Source: Planctomycetota bacterium (GTDB taxonomy: Bacteria; Planctomycetota; UBA1135; UBA2386). Taken from it: a stretch of DNA of 64,000 nucleotides. Made by a program: the position numbers and the translations under genes. The stretch's first letter is position 1, and each line of letters begins with the position of its first letter. Shown one piece after another: positions 1 through 9,428 of the stretch. The stretch lies in the NCBI GenBank assembly GCA_947501605.1, contig CANMWZ010000003.1, positions 160,001 through 224,000 of the forward strand, read 5' to 3'. The notes below the pieces were generated by a model. It was not told the DNA's origin, searched no databases, and saw nothing but the letters and a program-made list of their open reading frames with translations.

Positions 1-128
1 GCAAGGGCTACTCGACTACGACCCGATGGCACCGCCAGCCAAGACCGGGGCCCGCCAGCCAATCCGTAAGGGCCGACTCGCAACGAGGTCGGCCCGCCCA
101 GCGCGCGGCAGGAAAAACCGCTCTCGGC

Positions 129-1427
129 TCACAGGAACCAGTCGCCAAAGTCGGCAACCGGCGCCGTCACCGGCAACGGTGCGCTGCTTGCAACCAGTTC
201 CTCCATCCACCAGTTGGTCGAGTGGTACAGGCAGGTCACCTGGGCGCATTCGTGGCTGGCGTCGAACTCGTTCAGCAGACGCTGCGTCTGTGCAACCGCC
301 TCTTTGCCGTCTTGCCACAGCGCCGCCTCGCCAAGCTTGGCCTTCTGCACGCCGCGGTGCGCCGGGCAGTTGAACGTGCCGAGCGGAGTGACGACCTGCC
401 GCAGCATCTGCATGTGGCAGGTCTTCGGTTGCTTGGTGTAGTCGCGCCAGTTGCCCTGCATCAAGACTCGCAGATTGGTGCTCTCGACGATGCGGAAGCC
501 GGGTTTTGCCGCCTTCTTGGCGCGATCGATCGCGGCGCGAATGCGCGCGATCACATCCTGGAGCTGCCCCTCGACCTTGGCCGGATCCATGATCTCGCTG
601 CCGTCCCCAGTGCGCTCGAGGAACGGTTTGAAGGAGATGTAGTCAAAGCCGCTCTTCTCGGCGCGCTCGGCAGCCATCTCCATCTCGTGGATGTTCTCGA
701 TGATCTTGACCTCGCCGCGAGCACCGCCGCGCCAGGTGATGACAAACGAGAAGCCCATGTCGAAGTCTGGGTTCGACTGCTTGATCCGGGGGATCCAGCT
801 GCAGATCTCGTCGAGCGACAACGTCTTGCTCGACGGATTGTGCATGCGACGGAAGATGTCATTGCTGCCAGAGTCGAGCGAGAGCCGAATCCAATCGCCC
901 TTCTTCAAGAACGGCGCGGCCGCCAGCAGCCGGTCACCGCGGCTGCCGTTGCTGACCACGGCCACCTGCAGGTTCATGCCCTTCAAGAACTCGACCATCG
1001 AAGCGAAGCCCGGATAGAGCGTCGGCTCGCCGCCGCCGATGAGGATCACGCTCTTGAGGCCGCGCTCCACCATCAGCTTCAACGAATCGCGCAAGGCCTC
1101 GTCGCTGTGGCGCACCTTGCTATTGAGGATGTCCCAGTCGATGCAGTGATCGCAGGCGTAGTTGCAGGCCGTCGTGAGGTCGAGGTTGATCGACAACGGC
1201 GACAGACTCGGCAGCTCGGGAACAGGCTTGCCCTCCGCTTTTGCGGTGCGGACCGCGCGTTGCCAACGCACGTAGTCGACGACGTAAGGCCACATCGACT
1301 CCTGCTGCAGTTTGCGCGCAAAGTCGTGCACGGGCGCCGTGCGGGCTGCCGTCGCTGCCGCGGCGGCGGTTGCCGTTGCATTCGGTGCGAGGTTCGAGAC
1401 AGAACGATCGGTCGAGTTCGATTCCAC
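129..1427 (-). CDS. Radical SAM protein with C-terminal SPASM/Twitch-like cysteines
   Basis: CNYACDHC (CxxxCxxC), GGGEP, WIRLSLDSG, and C-terminal C..C..CAQVTC. The real gene is the 3' half of ORF 129..2588; start estimated at in-frame GTG 1427. Confidence 0.88.
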   Translation of the reverse strand: MESNSTDRSVSNLAPNATATAAAAATAARTAPVHDFARKLQQESMWPYVVDYVRWQRAVRTAKAEGKPVPELPSLSPLSINLDLTTACNYACDHCIDWDILNSKVRHSDEALRDSLKLMVERGLKSVILIGGGEPTLYPGFASMVEFLKGMNLQVAVVSNGSRGDRLLAAAPFLKKGDWIRLSLDSGSNDIFRRMHNPSSKTLSLDEICSWIPRIKQSNPDFDMGFSFVITWRGGARGEVKIIENIHEMEMAAERAEKSGFDYISFKPFLERTGDGSEIMDPAKVEGQLQDVIARIRAAIDRAKKAAKPGFRIVESTNLRVLMQGNWRDYTKQPKTCHMQMLRQVVTPLGTFNCPAHRGVQKAKLGEAALWQDGKEAVAQTQRLLNEFDASHECAQVTCLYHSTNWWMEELVASSAPLPVTAPVADFGDWFL

Positions 1428-1489
1428 GAGGCCTTCAGTGTCGCAATCCGCGGCCTCGGACGCCAGCCGCAGCCTCAACCTGTTGCCAG

Positions 1490-2464
1490 TCAGATTGCAG
1501 AAGTTCCGCCGAACAGCCTGGCCAAGACCCCTGCGTACAGGCGGAGCCGGACCGCGGCCTCGGCAACGAGCCGCGCCCGCAGCTCTTCCCCCTGCGGGGA
1601 CCCCGATCCCTTCGCCAGCTCGACAAACTGGGCAACCAGGGCGAATAGGGGAGCCGGACGCGCGACCTCCTGGCCATTCCCGACGAACGAAAGCGCATAG
1701 TCCTTGCCGATGCGGCGGTCGGCGCGCCGACCGTCGACGGCGAACCAAAAGGGCCGCGGCTGCAGCGGGACCTGCTGCAGGTGCAATTCCGCCCTCAGCG
1801 ACCCGCCTTCGAACCCGACCTCGACGACGGCGTTCGCCAAGGTCGCAAGAGGGTCGCGACTGTCGATGGCCACGTTGCGCACGTGCACGCTCGATCGGGA
1901 CTGTTGGGGCACGAGTTCGAGGAGCAGGCTCAGCAGGTGCGGCAACGAGTCCGAGACCATCGCCTCGGCACCGCCGTGCATCGGCGACAGCCCCATCGAC
2001 AGCTTGGCCGCATTGGTCCTTGCGGAGCCATGCAAGGCATCGAGGACGGGCAAAATCAGCGGCCACTGCGCGTTCTCCACGAACACCGTCTTTGCGGCGG
2101 CAAAGCGCTGCAGGCAGGCAAGGCCACGGTCCGCCTCCGCGAGCCCGACGATCGGCTTCTCGCATAAGCATGCAAGACCGTGTTCGAGCGCCGCTTCCAG
2201 GGCCTCCAGGTGGGCTTCGGCAGGTGAGGCAATGAGCAGAGCGTCGATGTCCTGCGCACACAGAGCGCGAACATCGGCCGCAGTCGCGACGTCGTGGCCA
2301 AGCGTAGCGGCCAGCTCCGCGGCATTGTGGCGCGCTCGATCGGCGGTGCGACCAGCGACCGCGACCACGCGGGCAGAAGCTTGCTCGCACGCTCGTGCCA
2401 AGAACGGACCAAGGCCATTGCGGCTGCGGCCCGCCCCGACAATCCCGACTCGCAGTGGCGTCAC
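1490..2464 (-). CDS. Gfo/Idh/MocA-family NAD(P)-dependent oxidoreductase
   Basis: N-terminal Rossmann VGIVGAG, DALLIASP..H and CEKP motifs; GTGA overlap with the upstream gene's stop. Confidence 0.85.
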   Translation of the reverse strand: MTPLRVGIVGAGRSRNGLGPFLARACEQASARVVAVAGRTADRARHNAAELAATLGHDVATAADVRALCAQDIDALLIASPAEAHLEALEAALEHGLACLCEKPIVGLAEADRGLACLQRFAAAKTVFVENAQWPLILPVLDALHGSARTNAAKLSMGLSPMHGGAEAMVSDSLPHLLSLLLELVPQQSRSSVHVRNVAIDSRDPLATLANAVVEVGFEGGSLRAELHLQQVPLQPRPFWFAVDGRRADRRIGKDYALSFVGNGQEVARPAPLFALVAQFVELAKGSGSPQGEELRARLVAEAAVRLRLYAGVLARLFGGTSAI

Positions 2465-3633
2465 TGCTTCTCGGCTTTCCCGTTCGCCTTCTGCTCGCGC
2501 AGCGCTGCGACCTTGTCGGCGAACGCCGCCGGGTCATCGGTGTACTTCTTCTTGCACTTCTGGCAGCAGAATGCGACGCGCAAGCCATCGAGATCGACGA
2601 AGTGCTCTGCCGAGGCCTGCTCGCCGCTGACGATGCAGACGGAGTTGGCGGGTGCGTCTCGTTCCTTCCTCGTCGCGATCTCGACCTCGGCGGCCTTCAA
2701 GCGCGCCTCGGCATAGTCGCCGCGATCGACCACCAGGGCAGACCGAACGGAGATTGCGGCCGCCGCGCCCTCGGCAGTCACCGCGGTCGAGAAGGCGTAG
2801 ACCTTCTGCAGTTGCGGCCAAGAGGCGACCGACTTCAGCCCTGCATCGGTCACCTGACTGCCGTAGACGTTGAGGATCTCGATCTGCGCCGGCGCACCCA
2901 AGGCGGCGAGGCCACGGTCACCGACTCCGGTGTTGGCAAGACTCAGTCGGCGAAGCTGCGGCATGGCGGCGAGCACAGCCAACCCGTCATCGGTGATCTT
3001 GGTGCGGGCGAGATTGAGCCACACGAGCACGGGGGCGAGGTCCTGCAGCAGGGCCAAGTCCGCGTCCCCGAACTCGGGGCCCACGAGCGAGGCATTGACG
3101 TCGACGGCCGGCGTGTCTGCTGCCACCTGTTGTGCCAGCACGCCGCGAAGTGCGAGCTTTTGCATGGCCGCGTCGACCTTGGCCTGCGCCGCCGCGTCGA
3201 GCACAGCGATGCCGAACTCGAGCTTCGGGATGGTCGCCGCCGCCGCTTTCTCGGCAAACCACGCATCCGCCGCGTCCGGCCACGTCGCACCTTCCTGGAT
3301 CCAGGCGCGCAAGGTGGACACCTCCTTCGCCGACAGCCGCTCGCCCTTCTGCGGCATCGCATCGTCGTCGCCGTCTTGCAACTCCACCCGGCGGATCATC
3401 TCGCTCTCGTCGGGCTTGCCGGCCTGCACCAACACGACCTCGGCGTCCGCCGCGACCGGCTTCAGCACGTGGTCTCTGCCATCGAGTCGGAGATCGCCTT
3501 TCTGCTTCTCGGCACCGTGACACGCAACACAGTGCCGCTGTAGCACCGGCGCGACATCGCGCACGAAGTCGAGGGTCGCGTCTTGCGTGCGCGCCGCGAT
3601 ACAAAGGCTCAGGACGCAGAAGAGGATGCGCAT
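2461..3633 (-). CDS. Secreted planctomycete-type cytochrome c domain + leucine-rich repeats + C-terminal YHS/TRASH-like motif
   Basis: Signal peptide; DFVRDVAPVLQRHCVACHG..QKGDLRLD..MP..WI..GA; LRRs (LNLARTKITDDGL, LSLANTGVGDRGL, LNVYGSQVTDAGL); CIVSG..AFCCQKC. Confidence 0.85.
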   Translation of the reverse strand: MRILFCVLSLCIAARTQDATLDFVRDVAPVLQRHCVACHGAEKQKGDLRLDGRDHVLKPVAADAEVVLVQAGKPDESEMIRRVELQDGDDDAMPQKGERLSAKEVSTLRAWIQEGATWPDAADAWFAEKAAAATIPKLEFGIAVLDAAAQAKVDAAMQKLALRGVLAQQVAADTPAVDVNASLVGPEFGDADLALLQDLAPVLVWLNLARTKITDDGLAVLAAMPQLRRLSLANTGVGDRGLAALGAPAQIEILNVYGSQVTDAGLKSVASWPQLQKVYAFSTAVTAEGAAAAISVRSALVVDRGDYAEARLKAAEVEIATRKERDAPANSVCIVSGEQASAEHFVDLDGLRVAFCCQKCKKKYTDDPAAFADKVAALREQKANGKAEKQ

Positions 3634-3694
3634 CGCCTAGAGCCTACTGAGGCCGCGCGCCCGCGCCAGCGCCCCGATCGCCGCAAAGCCGGGG

Positions 3695-4360
3695 TCAGCT
3701 GCGCTTGCCCTTCTTGGCTGCTGGTTTGGCCGGCGCCGCTTTTGGCGTTGCCGCGACGGGCAATGGCCCAGCGGCCGGCTTGGCCGGCTTTACGACCATC
3801 GGAGCAGGCTTCGGCGACTCGACGGTTGCGGTGGACGTCGCCGCAGCTGGGGCGCTGGGCTTCGTCATGGCTGGCTTCGCCACGCCTGACGCCATCGGCT
3901 TTGCCTCATTCGCAGGCATCCCCGTAGTCGCACGGGGAGCCATGATTGCTGCGGCCGCGCGTGCAAGCTGGGCTTCGCTCAGAACTGGGCCAGCGCTGCG
4001 CAGCAGGTCGGCAAACGAAACGATGCCGCACAGTCGACCGTCGCCATCCACGACCGGAAGGCGGCGGACTTGGTGTTCGCGCATGCGATCGATCGCGTCA
4101 GCCACTGGTTGGTCCTTGCTCACCGAAAAGACCATGTGCGCCATCGCGCTTTGCACCGAGAGTTCCTCGAGCTTGCGGCTGCGCGTGAACGCCGCCATCA
4201 GGCAATCGCGGTCCGTCAGCATGCCCACCGGGCGCTGCCCGTCATCGATCACCGGCACCACGCCACAGTCGTGGTCCCAGAGGATTTTGGTTGCGGTTGC
4301 CAGAGAGTCGGTGCGCCGGCAAGTGCGCGGCGAGCGCGTCATCACAGTTTCGACGTTCAT
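3695..4360 (-). CDS. CBS-pair protein with Ala/Lys/Pro-rich C-terminal tail
   Basis: VETVMT..DCGVVPVID..GMLTDRD and VRRLPVVD..GIVS..D; low-complexity tail ending KPAAKKGKRS. Confidence 0.88.
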   Translation of the reverse strand: MNVETVMTRSPRTCRRTDSLATATKILWDHDCGVVPVIDDGQRPVGMLTDRDCLMAAFTRSRKLEELSVQSAMAHMVFSVSKDQPVADAIDRMREHQVRRLPVVDGDGRLCGIVSFADLLRSAGPVLSEAQLARAAAAIMAPRATTGMPANEAKPMASGVAKPAMTKPSAPAAATSTATVESPKPAPMVVKPAKPAAGPLPVAATPKAAPAKPAAKKGKRS

Positions 4361-4483
4361 GATCTAGAAGGGGAGAGGGGCAGCTACCGGACAGTGCCGT
4401 CCACGCGCACGAGGCCCTATGGGGCATAGAGCCCAACCGTCGGAGGATTCCCACCGACCGGTTCGCCCAGGACCCGCGACGGC

Positions 4484-4568
4484 GAGCCCAGAAAAGAGGC
4501 GAGCCCAGAAAGGAAGCAAGCACAGCAAGGAAGCAAGCCCAGCAAGGAAGCGAGCCCAGCAGGGAGTA
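4484..4568. repeat. Intergenic 17-bp tandem repeat, about 5 copies, consensus RAGCCCAGMAAGGAAGC
   Basis: Units at 4484 gagcccagaaaagaggc, 4501 gagcccagaaaggaagc, 4518 aagcacagcaaggaagc, 4535 aagcccagcaaggaagc and 4552 gagcccagcagggagta (degenerate). Confidence 0.9.
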
Positions 4569-4603
4569 GAGAAAAAGGAAGGGGATGCAGCAACTCGCGA
4601 CGA

Positions 4604-5581
4604 TCAGCGGAGGCGCTCCATCGCTTCCTCGACGTCGCCCTTGCTGCCGATGTAGAGCGGCGTGCGCTGGTGCAGCTGGCCTGGGACGATGTCGAGGATG
4701 CGCTGCCTCCCATCCGTTGCCATGCCGCCGGCGTGTTCGCACACGAACGCAAGCGGCGCATTCTCGTAGAGCAGGCGCAGCTTGCCCTCGGCCTTCTTGA
4801 CTTCACCCGGGTACATGTAAATGCCGCCCTTCAACAGGGTGCGGTGGAAGTCACCGACCAGCGCACCGGCGTAGCGCGCACCTCGCTTGCCGCACCTCGT
4901 CTCCTGCGTTCGAAACGCGCGCACCAAGGCCTTGGTCTTCTCATCCCATTTGGCTTCGTTCCCCTCGTTGACCGAGTAGCTGCCAGTACCCTCCGGGATC
5001 TTGAGGTCCGGGTGCGTAAGGAAGAACGTTCCGATCGAACGGTCGAGCGTGAACCCGCTGACCGGGCCACCCGCGGTGTAGACGAACATGGTGCTCGGGC
5101 CGTAGAGCACGTAGCCAGCCGCCACGAGCTTGTTGCCCGACTGCTGGAAGTCCGCCATCTGCACCGGGCCGTGGGTGGCGCGCCGGTAGATGCCGAAGAT
5201 CGTGCCCATCTGGCCATCGACATCGACGTTGCCAGAGCCATCGAGAGGATCGACCGTCAGCACGTAGTTGCCTTGTTCGCCACCTGGCACCACGTGGATG
5301 TCCTCCATCTCCTCGCTACCGATCCCGGCAATGAAGGGCAACTTCTCGAACACCTGTCGCACGATGTCGTCACTCATGACGTCGAGCGCGCGAACTTCTT
5401 CGTTCTGAACGTTCGTGGTGCCGGTGTAGCCAAGCTTGCCGACGAAACCGGCACGCATGATCTCGCTGGCGATCATCCGGCCAGCGAGGCTCAGGCGATT
5501 GAGCACGGACGACAGGCCGCCGCTCGCATTGTGCAGAGCCTGGTCCCGGAAGAACTGTTCGCTGAGAGTGAGGCGAGTCAT
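4604..5581 (-). CDS. fbp: Class 1 fructose-1,6-bisphosphatase
   Basis: DPLDGSGN, AAGYVLYGP, RYAGALVGDFHRTLLKGGIYMYP and KLRLLYE motifs. Confidence 0.97.
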   Translation of the reverse strand: MTRLTLSEQFFRDQALHNASGGLSSVLNRLSLAGRMIASEIMRAGFVGKLGYTGTTNVQNEEVRALDVMSDDIVRQVFEKLPFIAGIGSEEMEDIHVVPGGEQGNYVLTVDPLDGSGNVDVDGQMGTIFGIYRRATHGPVQMADFQQSGNKLVAAGYVLYGPSTMFVYTAGGPVSGFTLDRSIGTFFLTHPDLKIPEGTGSYSVNEGNEAKWDEKTKALVRAFRTQETRCGKRGARYAGALVGDFHRTLLKGGIYMYPGEVKKAEGKLRLLYENAPLAFVCEHAGGMATDGRQRILDIVPGQLHQRTPLYIGSKGDVEEAMERLR

Positions 5582-5632
5582 AGGCGAGGCGGATTGGAGC
5601 AGCAGCCGCGATGCGAAAAAAGGACTCGTCGG

Positions 5633-7483
5633 TCAGCGTCGATCCAGAGGCGGCGGCAAGGGCAGGGGCAACGTCACTCCCGCCCGCCAAATGCCGGTGA
5701 CGGCGGCGGCGTCTCGACCAATCGCCATCGCATAATGGCCGCCCACCGCGGCCTCGAACCAAATGCCGTTGTCGGGTGAGGTGGCGCGTACGAGCCGCTC
5801 GCCGGCGGCTGCTGGCCACAGCAGGATCCGATCGCCGTCCGCAGTTTCGCAGAGCCACGTCGCCGTATCGGGCAACACCGGGCGCGTGCCGCGTCCTCGG
5901 CGCCAACAAAGGGCAAACGACGCCGTGCCACTGCGATCGGTCCCGGTGTCAGGTGCCACGCAGCGGACCAGCACCTCTAGACCAGGGCCAGGATCCTCGC
6001 CGCGAGCGAACCAGGCTCCCGACGCATGCGGCAGGCGCGGATCGAGCGACCACTGCACCTCGTGATCCACCAGAAAGTCGACTCGTTCCCGGTCGAGAAA
6101 CCCCGCCAAATCGCCGTCCTGCAGGGCCGCAAACGTCCGGCTGTCGACGACCCCGTCCAGGTTCACGACGACAGGTCCAACGCCGCGATGCCGAAGTTGC
6201 GCCCAGGTCAAGAGGCCGGAGTTGAAGCACCCGACTCGCGCCTGCGCGCCAAGCAACGGCTGCAGCAGCTCACCCGCGACTTGCATCGCCACCTGAGAAC
6301 GCAAGGACTCCCGCGGCAAAGGCGCGGACACGACCGCGACTCCGGCGGCCAAGGTGGCGATCGCCAACAGGCGCGGCCACCGCCGCAGGTGCAACCACCC
6401 GACGGCCGCACCGATGGCAAGTGGCGCGGCGTAGTAATCGCGCGGGTACCAGCGAACCGACCAATGCAGCGCGACGATGCCGACGAGAGCCAGCAACAAC
6501 GCAAGGTGCGAGCGCGACAACCTCACGGTGCTACGTCGTGGTGCCAAGGCGAGAAACACGGCCGCCACCAGCGGCACGCCGAGGTCGCTCCTCCCGGCAA
6601 TCGCGGCAATGACGACCGCGAGGAGCGGCACGAAGCGCACGGCCGCGGGCCACCAGGGTTGCACCGCCGCGCCGACCAGCACGCCGAAGCCAATCAGGCC
6701 CGCTGTCGCGAAGGGCGCACCCAGCAACGCGGGTCGCGCGTACCACCAATACTGCTGCAACAACTCGCTCGCAGTCGGCAGCAGGCGCTCGAAGTTCGCA
6801 TGCGCGAGCCACGCCATTGGGGCCGCAGAATCCGGCAGCCACGAGCCTCCGCACAGCTGATTGAAGGCGACCCAAGGCAGCAACGGCAGCAACGCGAGTG
6901 CAAGGCGAAGGCCGAGTGCTTCGCGCGGCCGCGCCACCGCCAACAAGCCGGCGAGTGCCAGCAAATCCGCCCGCGCGAGCCCAGCAAGAGCGGCAATGGC
7001 CAAGAACCTCCGTGGCTGCGCGCGGCGTCGTTGCCACAACCAGGCGCCGAGCAGGCAGGCGAGTGCCGTCTCCTGACCATTTTGGCACTCGCGGAGCAAC
7101 AGCGGGTTGCCGAGCCAGCACAACGCGGCAACGACAGCGGTCCTCGTGCGCCGGCCGCTCCACCACCAACTCGTAGCCCCCAGCAGATGACACAGCCCCC
7201 CGAGCACGACGGCGACGTGCGGCACTTCGGCAGTGAACTTCGAGCAGAGCGACAGCAGCAGCGACCAGAGCAGTTGCACACCGCTGGTCCATTGTCGATC
7301 ACTGACGATCGGACCGTTGCCGTTGGCAAGGTTGTGCGCCCAGACAAACTCGTAGTAGGCATCGTCGCGCAGATGCGTAGCGGCCGTGGGCCAACCATCG
7401 ATGCCGTGCCACAGCGCCAAGCTTGCCGTCGCGGCCGCAAACAGCACGGCTAGCCACTGCCAGCGCCGCGCGCGAACGATCAC
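5633..7483 (-). CDS. Polytopic membrane protein, putative GT-C-fold glycosyltransferase
   Basis: First TM followed by DDAYY..AHNLANGNG..G..LLW loop, GQETAL, LARAD, many TM segments and a C-terminal VVNLDGVVD; GTG start overlaps the upstream stop (GTGA). Confidence 0.65.
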   Translation of the reverse strand: MIVRARRWQWLAVLFAAATASLALWHGIDGWPTAATHLRDDAYYEFVWAHNLANGNGPIVSDRQWTSGVQLLWSLLLSLCSKFTAEVPHVAVVLGGLCHLLGATSWWWSGRRTRTAVVAALCWLGNPLLLRECQNGQETALACLLGAWLWQRRRAQPRRFLAIAALAGLARADLLALAGLLAVARPREALGLRLALALLPLLPWVAFNQLCGGSWLPDSAAPMAWLAHANFERLLPTASELLQQYWWYARPALLGAPFATAGLIGFGVLVGAAVQPWWPAAVRFVPLLAVVIAAIAGRSDLGVPLVAAVFLALAPRRSTVRLSRSHLALLLALVGIVALHWSVRWYPRDYYAAPLAIGAAVGWLHLRRWPRLLAIATLAAGVAVVSAPLPRESLRSQVAMQVAGELLQPLLGAQARVGCFNSGLLTWAQLRHRGVGPVVVNLDGVVDSRTFAALQDGDLAGFLDRERVDFLVDHEVQWSLDPRLPHASGAWFARGEDPGPGLEVLVRCVAPDTGTDRSGTASFALCWRRGRGTRPVLPDTATWLCETADGDRILLWPAAAGERLVRATSPDNGIWFEAAVGGHYAMAIGRDAAAVTGIWRAGVTLPLPLPPPLDRR

Positions 7484-8304
7484 GGAAACTTCAGGAACGC
7501 GGCAATGCGATCGCCCAGCGGCCCGCGGCGCGACCATGGCACGTTGTTGTGCTCGTAGCCCTGGGCAACCACGAGTTGGCTCGGACCCGCAAAAGCCGCG
7601 ACCAGCTCTGCGCCCTGTTCGAGCGGCACGATGCGATCTTGATCGCCATGCACCACCATCGCCGGACAGCGCACGTTCTTGGCTTGGCCCAGATTGTCGA
7701 AGCGGTGGCGGAGCACGAGTCGGACGGGTAGCCACCAAAATCGCGCTCGGGCGGCCGCCAGCAGCGAGGCTGGTGGGGCGCGCAACAGCAGCCGATCGCA
7801 GCGACCTTCGGCAGCCACGTGCACGGCGCAGAACGAACCGAGCGAGGTGCCGATGGCGACCAACGGCAGATGAAGTTCGTCGGCCCGAACGCGCGCATAG
7901 GCCCCAGCCACACTGGCGGCGTCGAGCAACGACGCCACGGACGGAAGCCCTTGGCTTGCGCCATAGCCAGGGTGCTCGACGGCGATCACCTCCATTTCGT
8001 ACTCCGCCATCTCCGTGGCTGCGTTGGCACCCGAGAGCAAGTCCTCGCCATTGCCAACGAACAGCACCGCCACCGCTCGCGGTGCACCCTTTGACTGCGC
8101 AATCGCGATGCGGAAGCGCAGTCCTTGCGAACGCACCAGTTCCACTACCCGCACCGCCGGAAGGTCGCCGCACCCTCGATCGCCGCGCCCTGCGCCAGGA
8201 AACACCAGCGCGTCCTGCTGCCACACGAGCAGCAAGACGATGCCCACATAGGCAATGACGATCGCGGTGAAGCAGATCACAAGTTGACGGCGCAGACGGC
8301 GCAT
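7480..8304 (-). CDS. Membrane-anchored alpha/beta hydrolase
   Basis: N-terminal TM, GYGAS, GTSLG nucleophile elbow, HGDQDRIVP and HNN. Start uncertain (8304, 8337 or 8349). Confidence 0.88.
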   Translation of the reverse strand: MRRLRRQLVICFTAIVIAYVGIVLLLVWQQDALVFPGAGRGDRGCGDLPAVRVVELVRSQGLRFRIAIAQSKGAPRAVAVLFVGNGEDLLSGANAATEMAEYEMEVIAVEHPGYGASQGLPSVASLLDAASVAGAYARVRADELHLPLVAIGTSLGSFCAVHVAAEGRCDRLLLRAPPASLLAAARARFWWLPVRLVLRHRFDNLGQAKNVRCPAMVVHGDQDRIVPLEQGAELVAAFAGPSQLVVAQGYEHNNVPWSRRGPLGDRIAAFLKFP

Positions 8305-8389
8305 CCAGGAAGCTGCAGCTTGGCGTCGTGCCACCATCCTCGCAAGCACGCCCTCGCTGCGAACGCTTCCGATCCACGAAATCTACCGG

Positions 8390-9406
8390 TCAAGCGAGGT
8401 CCGAGTCGCCCAGCATGAACCACCAGTTCGCACTCAAGAACTCGGCGCTCACCGGGGCGTGGTTGATGTTGTGTACCAGACGCCGCTGCATCCACAAAGA
8501 CGACGGCTGCACCGCGAACCCACGTGCCAACAGGTGCCGCCACTCGTGGGACCACTGCGGAAACACTGCCATCAGTCGTTCTCGCCCCTGCTCCCCCTGA
8601 CGTCGCACCGCCGCGGCCAGTAGGGCATCCTGCGCTTCCAGGTCGCGCTCCACAGCGAGCCAGTCGGCGATGGTCGCCGCCTCGGGCGCGAGGCCAGAAC
8701 CGGGCTTCAGCACCATCAAGCCGCAGAGCACGGAGCCTCTTCGGGCAGTCCAGATTTCGTAGTCCTGCCGGTGCGGGATCTGCACGTAGCGCCAGTCGAG
8801 GTAGACACGATCTCGGCGCACCAGACACGGTTTGTCCTTCTGCACCTGCGCGTAGAGCGCATCGACGTCGTCAGGAACTAGCTCGACCTTCTGCACCTCG
8901 ATGCCGCCGGGGAACGGCAATGCGGGCATGGCGCGGTCGCGGATCAGGTAGTCGATCGCGCACATCTGCGTGTACTGCAGGTAGCGCTGGCCGATGCGGA
9001 ACGCGGCGTCGACCGGAAAACCATAGAACAGCGAGTCGCCGATCGCCTTGCTCTCAGCCCAGAACGGCTCGCAGGTGAGGACGAACAGGCCCTTTCGCTT
9101 CAGGCCCTGTCGCCAGTCCGGGTGCGTCATCGAGTCGACGCAGTGCACGAAGGTCTTTGCGCCCCACGGCGTGTCCACCAGCAACGGTACGCCGGCGTAC
9201 TGCGCCGCGACGGTGCCGTCGGCGGCAACTGCAAGCCAGATGCGATTCCCCTGCGGGTTGTCGCGGTACTGCCACTGCCATTGGGCCATCGTGCGATCGA
9301 CGTAGCCCGCGCCACACACCTCGCGGAACACGAGGTTGAACGTATCCAGGATCGCGCCCTCGTCGCCGGGCCGGTACTTGCGGATCTCCAGTTCTGGGAT
9401 GCTCAT
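8390..9406 (-). CDS. GNAT-family N-acyltransferase, two-domain
   Basis: W.WQY..NP.G, DSMTHPDWRQG (acyl-CoA motif A-like), YGFP and RD..YLDWRY. Confidence 0.8.
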   Translation of the reverse strand: MSIPELEIRKYRPGDEGAILDTFNLVFREVCGAGYVDRTMAQWQWQYRDNPQGNRIWLAVAADGTVAAQYAGVPLLVDTPWGAKTFVHCVDSMTHPDWRQGLKRKGLFVLTCEPFWAESKAIGDSLFYGFPVDAAFRIGQRYLQYTQMCAIDYLIRDRAMPALPFPGGIEVQKVELVPDDVDALYAQVQKDKPCLVRRDRVYLDWRYVQIPHRQDYEIWTARRGSVLCGLMVLKPGSGLAPEAATIADWLAVERDLEAQDALLAAAVRRQGEQGRERLMAVFPQWSHEWRHLLARGFAVQPSSLWMQRRLVHNINHAPVSAEFLSANWWFMLGDSDLA

Positions 9407-9428
9407 CGCGATGCCGTTCTTCGGCAGT

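Noticed and set aside
1..132. Short ORF after the radical SAM as a RiPP precursor
   Set aside because: A 38-codon GTG ORF overlaps the stop but has no precursor-like features, and the context is cut by the window edge.
1428..2588. 819-aa radical SAM with a long N-terminal extension
   Set aside because: The extension is an Arg-rich off-frame read through the oxidoreductase gene; protein-like sequence begins only near 1427.
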